Shown piece after piece: positions 35,961 to 47,572 of a DNA stretch of 64,000 nt. Below the pieces are notes generated by a model. That model was given only the letters and a program-made list of their open reading frames with translations, was not told the DNA's origin and did not search any database. This DNA comes from Albugo candida (taxonomy: Eukaryota). The position numbers and the translations under genes are program-made. How positions within the stretch are numbered: the first letter of the stretch is position 1; the number at the start of each line of letters is the position of its first letter. Location of the stretch: contig JBDOQK010000046.1 of assembly GCA_040437565.1 (NCBI GenBank), forward strand, positions 186,001 to 250,000. Reading direction: 5' to 3'.

Positions 35961-37795
35961 TCTTCGTTTTCCTACACGACCTTCTTTGTGTTCAAATTGG
36001 GATGCATCTCGCTTCGTGCTGTTCTTTGAGAGACTATTGCGACAACCGGTATTCCTGGGGGTTGTGGAATCAAAAACGGCGGTTTGAACTGGACAACAGC
36101 GCTCTGGCCATCGAGCAACTGTGCGACATTCGAAATCGTCCTCCTTACTCGCCTGGCGGGAGGATGTTGATGCGCGCCCGTATCAATTCGCATTGTTCTT
36201 CAAAATTCTTCTCCTCTGCCAAATTGATTTGTTCATTACAAGTTAGTGAACCACAAAAGATTTAACGCTAAAATATTCACGGCTCCTACATCTGTTGAGT
36301 TCCATTCCAGGTGCGATTGCGCGTGGAAGTTGTAAACAGTCAATGAATCCCGATCCTCAACGATGGCCGGAAGCCCATGTGCGCAAGGAATCTCATGGAT
36401 AGTAAGCGATGCACGGACAGAATTCCTGCTCGATTTCCATGCTGTACAAGTCATTTTTACTATACGAACAAAGAAATTACTCCGGATGCCGATGTGAACA
36501 TTCTGGAAGGTCCAGCGAATGATGTATCTTCTCCTCGCTTCTTCGTTCTCTGCTTTGAATAGGTGAGTAAGTGCAATTGCCAGATTGCGGAACACCGATA
36601 ATAAGTTCTTGTCGAGACTTGAAGTAACTTCTTTATGTACGCATGGGCTCCCACTGCCCGCGAAGACACCTTGTTTCTAAACTATGGATCACGTACTGTT
36701 CCATATTCTCCGGCAGACTCTCGGACTGCCGGAGAACTTTGCAAGCTGCTCATCATATTCTTCCGCCGTCTTGGAAGCCACAAGGACATTTTACATTTGG
36801 AGGCTGACATGCCAAATGGAGAGCAGATTCGAGGACGACGCGAAAACTTGCACGATGGCCGCCATAAGGGCTAGTTACGGGTCCGTAATGATTACCTTCG
36901 GCGCAGATCCATTTCTTTACGCTTTTGACAATTTCGACATTGCCCACGCATTATACTCCACTTCCCCCCGGCTAGAAAGAAGAAAGCTACGGTGAACGTC
37001 GTATTGAACGCGGTCATTCCGATGATGTGAAAAAGAGAGACTCGGTAACGGTTCGCGTTATACGTGCAGTCCATCAAAACAACGTGATTGTATTGGTTTG
37101 CCAGCTTCAAGCTGTCCGGATGCGCAAAAAACTAGGCCAGTGATGTCTCTGCCTTCATTTGCTTTAATATGGTGCACATAGTCACTCTCTCGAAGATCAT
37201 CAAAAAGAGTTCCTATGGGAGTTACCCCGCGAGTTGGTTGCTTCGAATGTTGACTCGTGCGTTGTACAAAGTGCACAGGGTGGCGAAGGTTTACGCCATC
37301 CTTATTGCTGAAAAATTGCAGTCGGTTTGACACCCGCATTCGTCATTATCTCCACTTCTTCCGCCTGTTCTTCGGTGAGCTTTCTATGGGTCGAATACCC
37401 GGAGGGAGAAAGAGAACATCTGTGATTGTGCTCGCTGTGTACGTCTTTAACTTCCGTTTCCCGTTTTTTTCTATAATTTGCAGAGAGGAGAAAGGGCATT
37501 TAATGCGCCGAGATCGCTTCAGTTCTGATTCTTGAGACAGGTGTGCGCGACCACAATCACATTTCTAGCATGCATGCTTCCGGGCAACCGGACGTTTTAT
37601 AGTCACTGCAAGAGCNNNNNNNNNNNNNNNNNNNNNNNNNNNNNNNNNNNNNNNNNNNNNNNNNNNNNNNNNNNNNNNNNNNNNNNNNNNNNNNNNNNNN
37701 NNNNNNNNNNNNNNNACTTATAATAGCGACTAGCGAACTAAGGATCTCTAAGAGCGACTACGTCTGTTGTGGCCCATTATTCTATATTCCCCACA

Positions 37796-39620
37796 TCTTC
37801 GTTTTCCTACACGACCTTCTTTGTGTTCAAATTGGGATGCATCTCGCTTCGTGCTGTTCTTTGAGAGACTATTGCGACAACCGGTATTCCTGGGGGTTGT
37901 GGAATCAAAAACGGCGGTTTGAACTGGACAACAGCGCTCTGGCCATCGAGCAACTGTGCGACATTCGAAATCGCCCTCCTTACTCGCCTGGCGGGAGGAT
38001 GTTGATGCGCGCCCGTATCAATTCGCATTGTTCTTCAAAATTCTTCTCCTCTGCCAAATTGATTTGTTCATTACAAGTTAGTGAACCACAAAAGATTTAA
38101 CGCTAAAATATTCACGGCTCCTACATCTGTTGAGTTCCATTCCAGGTGCGATTGCGCGTGGAAGTTGTAAACAGTCAATGAATCCCGATCCTCAACGATG
38201 GCCGGAAGCCCATGTGCGCAAGGAATCTCATGGATAGTAAGCGATGCACGGACAGAATTCCTGCTCGATTTCCATGCTGTACAAGTCATTTTTACTATAC
38301 GAACAAAGAAATTACTCCGGATGCCGATGTGAACATTCTGGAAGGTCCAGCGAATGATGTATCTTCTCCTCGCTTCTTCGTTCTCTGCTTTGAATAGGTG
38401 AGTAAGTGCAATTGCCAGATTGCGGAACACCGATAATAAGTTCTTGTCGAGACTTGAAGTAACTTCTTTATGTACGCATGGGCTCCCACTGCCCGCGAAG
38501 ACACCTTGTTTCTAAACTATGGATCACGTACTGTTCCATATTCTCCGGCAGACTCTCGGACTGCCGGAGAACTTTGCAAGCTGCTCATCATATTCTTCCG
38601 CCGTCTTGGAAGCCACAAGGACATTTTACATTTGGAGGCTGACATGCCAAATGGAGAGCAGATTCGAGGACGACGCGAAAACTTGCACGATGGCCGCCAT
38701 AAGGGCTAGTTACGGGTCCGTAATGATTACCTTCGGCGCAGATCCATTTCTTTACGCTTTTGACAATTTCGACATTGCCCACGCATTATACTCCACTTCC
38801 CCCCGGCTAGAAAGAAGAAAGCTACGGTGAACGTCGTATTGAACGCGGTCATTCCGATGATGTGAAAAAGAGAGACTCGGTAACGGTTCGCGTTATACGT
38901 GCAGTCCATCAAAACAACGTGATTGTATTGGTTTGCCAGCTTCAAGCTGTCCGGATGCGCAAAAAACTAGGCCAGTGATGTCTCTGCCTTCATTTGCTTT
39001 AATATGGTGCACATAGTCACTCTCTCGAAGATCATCAAAAAGAGTTCCTATGGGAGTTACCCCGCGAGTTGGTTGCTTCGAATGTTGACTCGTGCGTTGT
39101 ACAAAGTGCACAGGGTGGCGAAGGTTTACGCCATCCTTATTGCTGAAAAATTGCAGTCGGTTTGACACCCGCATTCGTCATTATCTCCACTTCTTCCGCC
39201 TGTTCTTCGGTGAGCTTTCTATGGGTCGAATACCCGGAGGGAGAAAGAGAACATCTGTGATTGTGCTCGCTGTGTACGTCTTTAACTTCCGTTTCCCGTT
39301 TTTTTCTATAATTTGCAGAGAGGAGAAAGGGCATTTAATGCGCCGAGATCGCTTCAGTTCTGATTCTTGAGACAGGTGTGCGCGACCACAATCACATTTC
39401 TAGCATGCATGCTTCCGGGCAACCGGACGTTTTATAGTCACTGCAAGAGCCCATTTCTGTGCTGCGGAATTTTTTTTTCTACGGCTACCATGTTCGTCCT
39501 CTTGTGAGAGAACATGCCTGGAGGGTTTATCGTGTCAGATGAGCAGAAAGGTTGGCATTTTCTACACGTCAACCGTTCTGCGTGAATGGCAGCATCTCTT
39601 TACATACCGTTGTCGTTCGG
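37796..39620 (-). mobile_element. Decayed MULE transposase ('family C'); 35961-37615 is an assembly duplicate of part of it
   Basis: Fragments CPF..., EHNH, VVLMDCTYNANRYRVSLFHIIGMTAFNTTFTVAF, RAVGAHAYIKKLLQVST and PCAH, with many frameshifts. Confidence 0.8.
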
Positions 39621-42600
39621 CGGAAGTAAAGCCTCCAATCTTGATGTCGAAGAAAAATCGGTTGCATCCGTTGTATTTGAGAAAGAGAAAACGTGGCGTC
39701 AATTACTATTTGATTATTGCTGCCTTCCTAGAATGAAGGCTCTCTTTACAGAACCATTCCTACGATGCATAGCCAAATTTAGTGGAAGGTAAGTCGCGGA
39801 GAGGGCAAAAGGTTTTCTTTTGAAATTGAGAAGTGAAGAACAAGTCGGTTGCATCCGCTGAATCTGGAGAGTAATGACGTAGACGTGACCAAAACCTTAA
39901 GGGCACATAAAGTGAAGGGAATGAATCGGACCGAAAACGGAATGAATGTAACAATTCCCTAATTTACCTAGGCATGATGTAATAACAAATCAATACCATT
40001 TATATAATCCCACATATGTGCACTTTTGCTTTATACTTCTAAGTAGTGTTTCTGAATTATTCTAGCCCTCTGATCAAGGACCTGTCACCAGCCGGGTGGG
40101 CGTCAAGAAGAATCGACGTAGTCGTTCTAATTTTGTTTTTTACTTTTAGAGTGATTCATGTGCTGTTCACCCGTTCAGTATACAGATCATGTGCTTGTTA
40201 GGTGATTCTTCATTCATAGTATACTAAAAAGTGCTAAGCTTTATTAGTTACCTCAGTCGTATACTCGCCACATGTATATGTAATTCCTTCGATTATATTC
40301 AATAGAGCCGACTAATCATTTGTTCTCTCGTCAAGCTCGAGGCGGGACATCTCCGTCGACTTGTTACTTGTTACGGCTTCAGATTCTTACAGTGTATATG
40401 TCGCTATTTTTCTTTCTTACGCACAAGTAAGACATCTAGGGCGCTCAAATGATCAATCCTGGTCCCTTATTTCATTTGGTATACAAATAATGTGACTACG
40501 ATGACCAAATCGTTGATGAAAGTGCCTGGACATTTATACTGGTTACAGATTCTGATTCCGGTTCAATCGAACACATTACATGACACAATGGATACGTATC
40601 ATCAATCTTTTGTTATGTAAGGTGAATACTCTATTCCAGCATTTGATATCTCTTGTAATCGTTGCTCCCAACCCTTTTGATGCTGCTGTCATTCCTGCAG
40701 CTGCACTTAATTCGATATCCGGTCTATATATCCCTACTTATACCGCACGTTTAGTATTTTCTTTGATACGTCGACTTCGTCTCCTTCACAGCGGTAGTGT
40801 CTGATTCTTTGAATGATTTGNNNNNNNNNNNNNNNNNNNNNNNNNNNNNNNNNNNNNNNNNNNNNNNNNNNNNNNNNNNNNNNNNNNNNNNNNNNNNNNN
40901 NNNNNNNNNNNNNNNNNNNNTCATCAATCTTTTGTTATGTAAGGTGAATACTCTATTCCAGCATTTGATATCTCTTGTAATCGTTGCTCCCAACCCTTTT
41001 GATGCTGCTGTCATTCCTGCAGCTGCACTTAATTCGATATCCGGTCTATATATCCCTACTTATACCGCACGTTTAGTATTTTCTTTGATACGTCGACTTC
41101 GTCTCCTTCACAGCGGTAGTGTCTGATTCTTTGAATGATTTGATACAAATCATAGGCTGTGCGAAGGGACTCTGTTATCCGATTTATCCTCTTGTACGCC
41201 ATCTTTCGGTGTAGACGCGGGTCATAAGAACATTTTGTGTGATTTATTCAGCAGGGAGATGGTACAGATACGTTGTATAAGATGCCTTATACATTGCAAG
41301 TATATGAGTGCACGCTTGAAATCACCTCTGCAATGAATCTCAACATGGGTATCTCTGCAATCTTGACCATGCGCTAAAAAGACGTTGCTCTTGGCACGGC
41401 TTGATCCAAAATACATTTTTGATGCTTCTTTGTTGGTTCCGGATTCTCCATGAGCGTTAGTGACTCGAGTATTTGATGCTAACTGCTGCAATTCAGACTC
41501 AAACAAAGTTGAAGTTAGTAAACGGCCTCAACGTCACCACGTAAGCAATTCCAATGATCATGACGGCATATAATAATGCATAGATAATGTCATGTCATTA
41601 ATTGCAATGGCATAAACGTAAAATGTGCATGCCAAGTATTCTCTTTATGAAGATGATAAGCGAGTTGACCAATATAGTCAATGTGTTGCATCAATAAAAA
41701 ATCAAAAGCCACCGTGAATCAGGAGAACAAAGCAAAACTTTTTCTTAATCAAATAACTAGTGTCCAATACCATATCATCGAGTAGTTGGATGCATGCAAT
41801 TGCCTATGCGACATTGTGGCATTAAAAGTAATGCATATTTGTGTATTTTGTCGATAAACAGCTTAGCTGTACGCAAGAGCTGACGAGTAGGTGCCGCTCA
41901 ATATGGAAATAATACTGGTCGGTAAGCGCTTTCACGACTTCACACTTGAATAAGGAAACGATGAATGCGAGGAAAGATGCATCTACATCTGACGTCAGCC
42001 TGCTTGAACACAGGTTTTTTTTTCGTATCTCCATCATAACCCATCGCTAGAAACTGCTTGAGTTTTTAACAAGAAAGAGCTTGCTACATTGTACTGTATT
42101 CCAATCTCTATAACATATGTACTGCGGATGAACTAAAAATCCCAAAGGAGTATCTGAGAGCACCGATATAAGCACCCCTTCTGAGCTAAAAATCGGTCGC
42201 TAGATGTTTCATCGCTCAAATGAGTAGTATAGTGAATTTCCGTGTTAGCTGTAAAGGATGGGAACATCGATGTAAAGCAATTCTTTGATAGAACTACATT
42301 ACGATCACATAATCGTATTGAAATCAGGTCTATACTGAAGCTACAATATATGTTTATCTGGTGAGGCAGGAACAGCGCCACAGTATGTACAGCATTTATC
42401 GCCATTGACTGGATACATAGGGGGTTTGAGTCGATTCCTCAATCAGAGGACGCATATGTCTGCAGCAATTAGCATGGTCGTGAGCGCAAATTCCATTTTT
42501 GAAACAGCAGAAATATTTGTAAACTATAACTGCACCGTTAGGAAACAAACGACACACATTCGTATGCTTTCTACTTAGAGTTCTTTCTATGAAGTTGGAG

Positions 42601-42706
42601 TACCAAAGCTGCATTAGAGATGGAACAGATGTCAGCAAAAAGACCCTATTGATGATAGATCATTTTCTTATATCTTTAGGATCTATTTGACTGGATGCAC
42701 TGGTTC

Positions 42707-43351
42707 TCATTTCTTCGTTTTAAATGTCACCGCAAAGATACCATCGTTCTTTTTGAATTCTACTCCGAGATCATCCAATATATATTTACCGAATACCACT
42801 TCCTCCTCGCTGTCTATCTTGGTGATAAAGTTTTGAGGTAGATCGAAACATACCTTTTTCTTTGCAAATATGACGCAAAATTTGTATGTTTGCTTTGTAT
42901 CAACTTGTTGTAAAAACTGCTGCGGAAGAAAAAGGTTCTTAACTGTTACGTCGAGCAGAATCTTCTTGAATTTCCATATTTTTTCTTCAAAATGGATATC
43001 TGCACGAACAAACCAGTGATTCTCGAAAGCTGGGATTCGGTAAATTGCTTGAGGATCGAATTTTGCTTCTAAGGTAGTGAAATATAAGAAGCCGTCTTTT
43101 AGAAAAATACGAAATTTTGGACATTTATTGTTGGCCGCCACGGGGCTTATGTCAGTTGCTGTACTACCAATACTTCTTGAACAGTGAAAGTCATGCGGTT
43201 TTGGTAAGAGAAATTGAACATTATGTTCATATGCGGGATCTGTTTTTGTAGGGTGACAGACCAACATCTTGTCAAACTCGCACTGATCGTTTTTTGAAAT
43301 AACAGAAATCGCTTGATGAAGCATGTAAAGCCTCAGAAAAATCTTCATCAT
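42707..43351 (-). CDS. Intact orphan 214-aa protein with signal-peptide-like N-terminus; candidate secreted effector
   Basis: The only clean ATG-initiated non-transposon ORF over 200 aa between 30 and 64 kb. It begins MMKIFLRLYMLHQAISVIS and has 6 Cys; no family recognised. Confidence 0.6.
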   Translation of the reverse strand: MMKIFLRLYMLHQAISVISKNDQCEFDKMLVCHPTKTDPAYEHNVQFLLPKPHDFHCSRSIGSTATDISPVAANNKCPKFRIFLKDGFLYFTTLEAKFDPQAIYRIPAFENHWFVRADIHFEEKIWKFKKILLDVTVKNLFLPQQFLQQVDTKQTYKFCVIFAKKKVCFDLPQNFITKIDSEEEVVFGKYILDDLGVEFKKNDGIFAVTFKTKK

Positions 43352-43459
43352 GATGGTATCGAGTGCTTGAGATATAGTAACTTCGAAAATGAGAATGAAG
43401 TTGGGAGATCCCTGGAGAAGGTAGAAAGACCTGTGAGGTGCTGTTTCAGAATATTCGAG

Positions 43460-44400
43460 AACAATTCATAAAAGTACTCAAGTTGTCATCATTCTCCGAC
43501 GGAATGATATATCATGTGCTCATGAACATTCGATATTCAAATCATCACCACTCATCTTATAGAATGAAGAAAACGTTGCAATGTTACCTTGGGCATGAAA
43601 GTATCTCTTATACAAAAAGACATTATTATGCTGTGCTCATTCCGTTCTCTCAGTATCGATGAACTATTCTTAAATCAGGTAATCTTCCCACTACTGTAAT
43701 TTTCTAGGACAACGTTGTCATTATTCCCGGATCAGATATCATATTTTCGGGCTGATTCGATATTCCAATTATCGCTCCTCATGGTAAAATAGGGAAAATG
43801 TTACAATGTTTCATGGCACATGAAAGTATCTCTCCTTCAACGACTCCTGTTGGCTCTGTTGATTTTATTCTATCACTACCCATGACGTATTCTGTAGGCT
43901 AAATCCCGCCATTACTGAACGATCGTCTAGGCAACGCTCTCGTCATCCTCGGATCAGATAGCATGTTTTTAAGGTGATTCTATATTCCACCCAACATCAC
44001 CCTTCGTAAGAATGAACACAAAATTGCAATGTGTAATGGCGCATCGAAGTATTTGACCTAAAAAGACTATTAATATGGTCCGTCAACTCCGTTCTAAAGC
44101 ACAACATAACTCACCTCATCAATTACTGATTCTCGAAGTAAATAATTTTCCATTGCTGGGAGTTCTTCTCATGCAACGTTGCTATCATTATCGGTTACAG
44201 ATATCATTTTTTGAGGTGATGCGATATCCAGCGAACACCGCTCATCGTGAATAACAAAGTCAAAGTTGTATCGTTTAAATGTCGCATGAAAGTACATCTC
44301 CTACTAAGTCCTTATCATGATATGCTACTTCCGTTCTCTCAATATATAGCGTATTCTACAAGCAGGTAATGTTTCTCATGCCTGAAAGCTTGCTACAAAA
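43460..44400. repeat. Diverged tandem array, 4 units of ~222-243 bp
   Basis: Anchor CAT(G/C)(A/G)AAGTA at 43594, 43819, 44042 and 44285. Anchor CAA(C)GTTG...GATATCAT-like at 43479, 43710, 43932 and 44174. CCGTTCT at 43642, 44089 and 44331. Confidence 0.8.
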
Positions 44401-44641
44401 ATTTATCGTGATGGTGTTATGTCTGCATTTATGAACACACTTTGTATCAATCGAAACAGCTGACTCTCGATTTAACAGTGTATCAGTTATTCGTTTTCTC
44501 CAAAGCGGTTATGAATATAGCTCCTGCTGTACTCTTCTAACTGTTGAATGGTAGCAGGATAGAAATGATCTCAAACGCTGTGAGTATGAGGGGAGTATTG
44601 GTTCCTGCTTAACTAGATCACTTTTTAGCAGCTCACTAATA

Positions 44642-45107
44642 CAGTTGAAGGTGTCTATATTACTAGAATTAGACTAACTGACTTCTCTAGTTGCCTAGGC
44701 TATCTTAAATNNNNNNNNNNNNNNNNNNNNNNNNNNNNNNNNNNNNNNNNNNNNNNNNNNNNNNNNNNNNNNNNNNNNNNNNNNNNNNNNNNNNNNNNNN
44801 NNNNNNNNNNCGGTACCACATCGTACACCGGTAGTACCGGTATTACCCTGTACCGTCACACTGGGGGTGGGGGTACGTTCCACGTCATCACACAGGGGTG
44901 ACGACTCATCAACAATCATGCAATCACCCAAAACAGGGTGACTCATGAGAATTGCCACGTCACCACAAGTGAACGCTAGCACCCTGGGTTGTGTCGATAT
45001 GTCGACTTGGACCATTGTTTTCGAGAGGAAAGAGTTGAAAAAAGTAGTTTTTCGAGTTATTTTGTACTAAATTGGCGGGTTACGTAGTAGCCGGCGAATT
45101 GAGAAGT
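44642..45107 (-). mobile_element. Probable non-LTR retrotransposon (LINE): 5'UTR, ORF1 start and 3' end, interior lost in N gap (copy 1)
   Basis: Highly similar to 60237-60856 on both sides of the gap; ORF begins MVQVDISTQPRVL. No RT is visible. Confidence 0.6.
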
Positions 45108-45355
45108 GCCCGCTCCAGCTCAGTCAGTTGAGCACTTGAGCACACAAAGCCCCTACCGGACGTAGTTAGTTCGATCCCCGGCTGTGTGGGTAGCGGTTTA
45201 AGCCCAGCCAAGCAATAAGCTTGAAAAATATCTGCCTCCCTAGGTTTGAAGTCAGACTTACGTGATATTCACACACTCAGGGGCTCATGATAGGATAAGG
45301 AAGGTAGTTAAAAAACCGGATGAAAAGTGCAATGAAATCCTTGACAAAGGTAAGT
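45108..45355 (+). mobile_element. tRNA-derived SINE-like element (copy 1)
   Basis: Head GCCCGCTCCAGCTCAGTCAGTTGAGCA is tRNA-Lys-like and contains an A box. B box GTTCGATCC is at 45169-77. The ~180-bp body is shared with 50050-50260. Confidence 0.7.
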
Positions 45356-45439
45356 CTATTGTTCAAGAGTTTTCGCTTTTTACTTTCATCTGTATGATTC
45401 AAGGGGGTCTACTAATTTTCAGCAAGCAGAAGCATCTTC

Positions 45440-46250
45440 AAGACAGCGGTCTTCCAGAAGAAGCGTGCGTAATCACAAATCTCGGCAGAAACTTTGATGG
45501 TTATTAGAATTCGGAAGACCTTCACAGGAAAGTCTGTAATACTGCAATTCTCATTGTCGATACGCACTTACCCAATACCGAAGATGTCTTCGCTTTCGAC
45601 AATGAGACTAGCAACGCAGAATTTGCTGAAGGTGCTCTCGAATCTCGACGGATGCATCTTGGAAGCTTGGACCAGGAGGAAAGAAATCAGTGATGCGGAA
45701 TGAATTATTTCAGATGAGAAAGCGAAATCCAAGGTATTCCTCACAGATCATTCTCTGGCCGGGTAACTAAAAGACATAAAGATCGTCCTGCAGGAACGCA
45801 AGCTTTGAACTCCTGACCTTCGTCTGGAATACCGGGGTAAATGTTGTGACACAGGTAGCTGCTGCGGCTGCATGTTATTAGGAACCAACCAGACTTTGAA
45901 GCTTAAAAAGGTTTGTTGGAAGAGACAATCACTGCGGTGGTCCATTTCATGATATTTCAACCCCAGTTTCATTGCGAAATAAATTTCGCAGGAAAGTTTT
46001 GGGGGAAGCAATACCATACGAAAGGAAGAATTGTGATTACACATGAAAAGATTGGTTGCGATAGTTGCGAAATCACTGGTCTCAGTTTCGCTTGCAACAA
46101 TCCGTCGCCATGGTAGAAGTGCTTCCTATATATGAATTTGAATCGGAAAGATCTAACCGGAAAAGCCACGGATTATGCTGTAAAGATACCGATCATATCG
46201 AAGAGCTCCAGATTCAATTTTCAAAGATAGCTATGTTTCAGTAGCTTCTG
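45440..46250 (+). pseudogene. Degenerate IS630/Tc1-mariner-like DDE transposase (FHCE-motif family)
   Basis: KDIKIVLQERKL...CC...NQPDF...LLEETI..HFMIFQPQFHCEINF...WG; same family as the transposase in 56714-61730. Confidence 0.65.
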
Positions 46251-47572
46251 CATGAAGTTCTTAGTATAATATCTATAATTAGATATTACAATTGTCCATT
46301 TCTTCAGAAATAGATACTAAAGTGCCCGCTGAAGGCGGCCAGATTTTACGCTTTGACAGGAAAAATACTAGTAGAATCCAGAAAAACAATGCACCTTGCA
46401 AAGCCTTATAACTCGACCAAAATTATCCAATCTGAAATCTGAGCTTTTTCTTATGAAGCTCTAGGCTGTATCTATCAGATAAATTTGCTATTTTTGGCGT
46501 GCGATGATTTATGTGTGCAGAGTAGTGAATATATTAAGGCCCACAGAAGCTACAGGTAATAGGTGATGGGCACAATACTGTGCACTGTACATCAAAGTAA
46601 TGGCGAGACAGGCGACATCTCAAACGAGCAAAAGTGCAAGTTGAATAGTTTTTTTCCAATAACTAAATTCACCCCTTCCGTGATCAAGTATAACATTACC
46701 CGTCTCGACTCGATCAGAAACGAAGAAATCTGAAAGAGATGTAAAAAAATCCTCCTTGGAGTGCTGCGAGCGCCGATGTGGCATCAAACCGAATTTCCAG
46801 TAGTCTTAGACGAACGAAACTGATCTTCGTATCAGCTGAATTCGAGGAATGTTGGAGACGTCAATCAGAGTGATTGAAGGGGGTGATCGCAAACTTTTCA
46901 AGGCATTGACGTAATTAGAACGGCTCGTGGCACGACGACAAGATTGCTTGTGCTTTAGTTAGATAGTCGACGGCTCGTATGAGATACCAGTGGATCTTCC
47001 AAGCGGTTTGATGGGAGCACTATACCGAATTACTATTATAAGATTTCAAATCCAGGTTATCTAACAAGCAAAACGGTATTAAATGCACTAGTCTTCGATT
47101 GGGTGAGCTTGGTGAAGGAAGTAGCCCTTTTTGCACCCTGCCCCAAAGTTCCAAGTTATATTTGACTGAATAATGGTCATATGAAATCCTCCTTCTGTAA
47201 ACAGGTGAATAAGAATGATCCTGTTTACACCGCGCATTGAAAACCGTGCATAAAAAAGTAACAGGAAACCGTTCGCTCGTGAACTCTTGAACCTCGTTAT
47301 GTCTTAATTTTTGTTGATACGAGCTGAAGCATAAAATAATCTGTTTGGGCGATTCTCGCAGGAGTGGAGATTCTTCTGATTGCTAGCAACCGTCTCTCCT
47401 TTTGCATGAGCTTTCACTCAACGTTCCTTTGAAGCTTTATAATGCCAACTGTACATTTCATTGTTGAAGCTGCACGTATTAAACCCTGGTGTTGTTACGA
47501 CAAACAGGACACAGGGGAAGCGATCTAGAACACGGTGTTTAATATCCAAAAGAAAAGGGATACATTGATTTA

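Noticed and set aside
35881-37615. Recent 1.7-kb tandem duplication of a MULE
   Set aside because: Its boundaries coincide exactly with a 100-N gap, and the same pattern occurs at five other gaps, so it is an assembly overlap.
40580-41630. Possible pseudogenised secreted protein on the minus strand
   Set aside because: It needs several frameshifts and stops, and no family is recognised.
45108-45185. Functional tRNA gene
   Set aside because: A and B boxes are present, but I see no convincing anticodon or acceptor stems, and it continues into a repeated body, so it is SINE-like.
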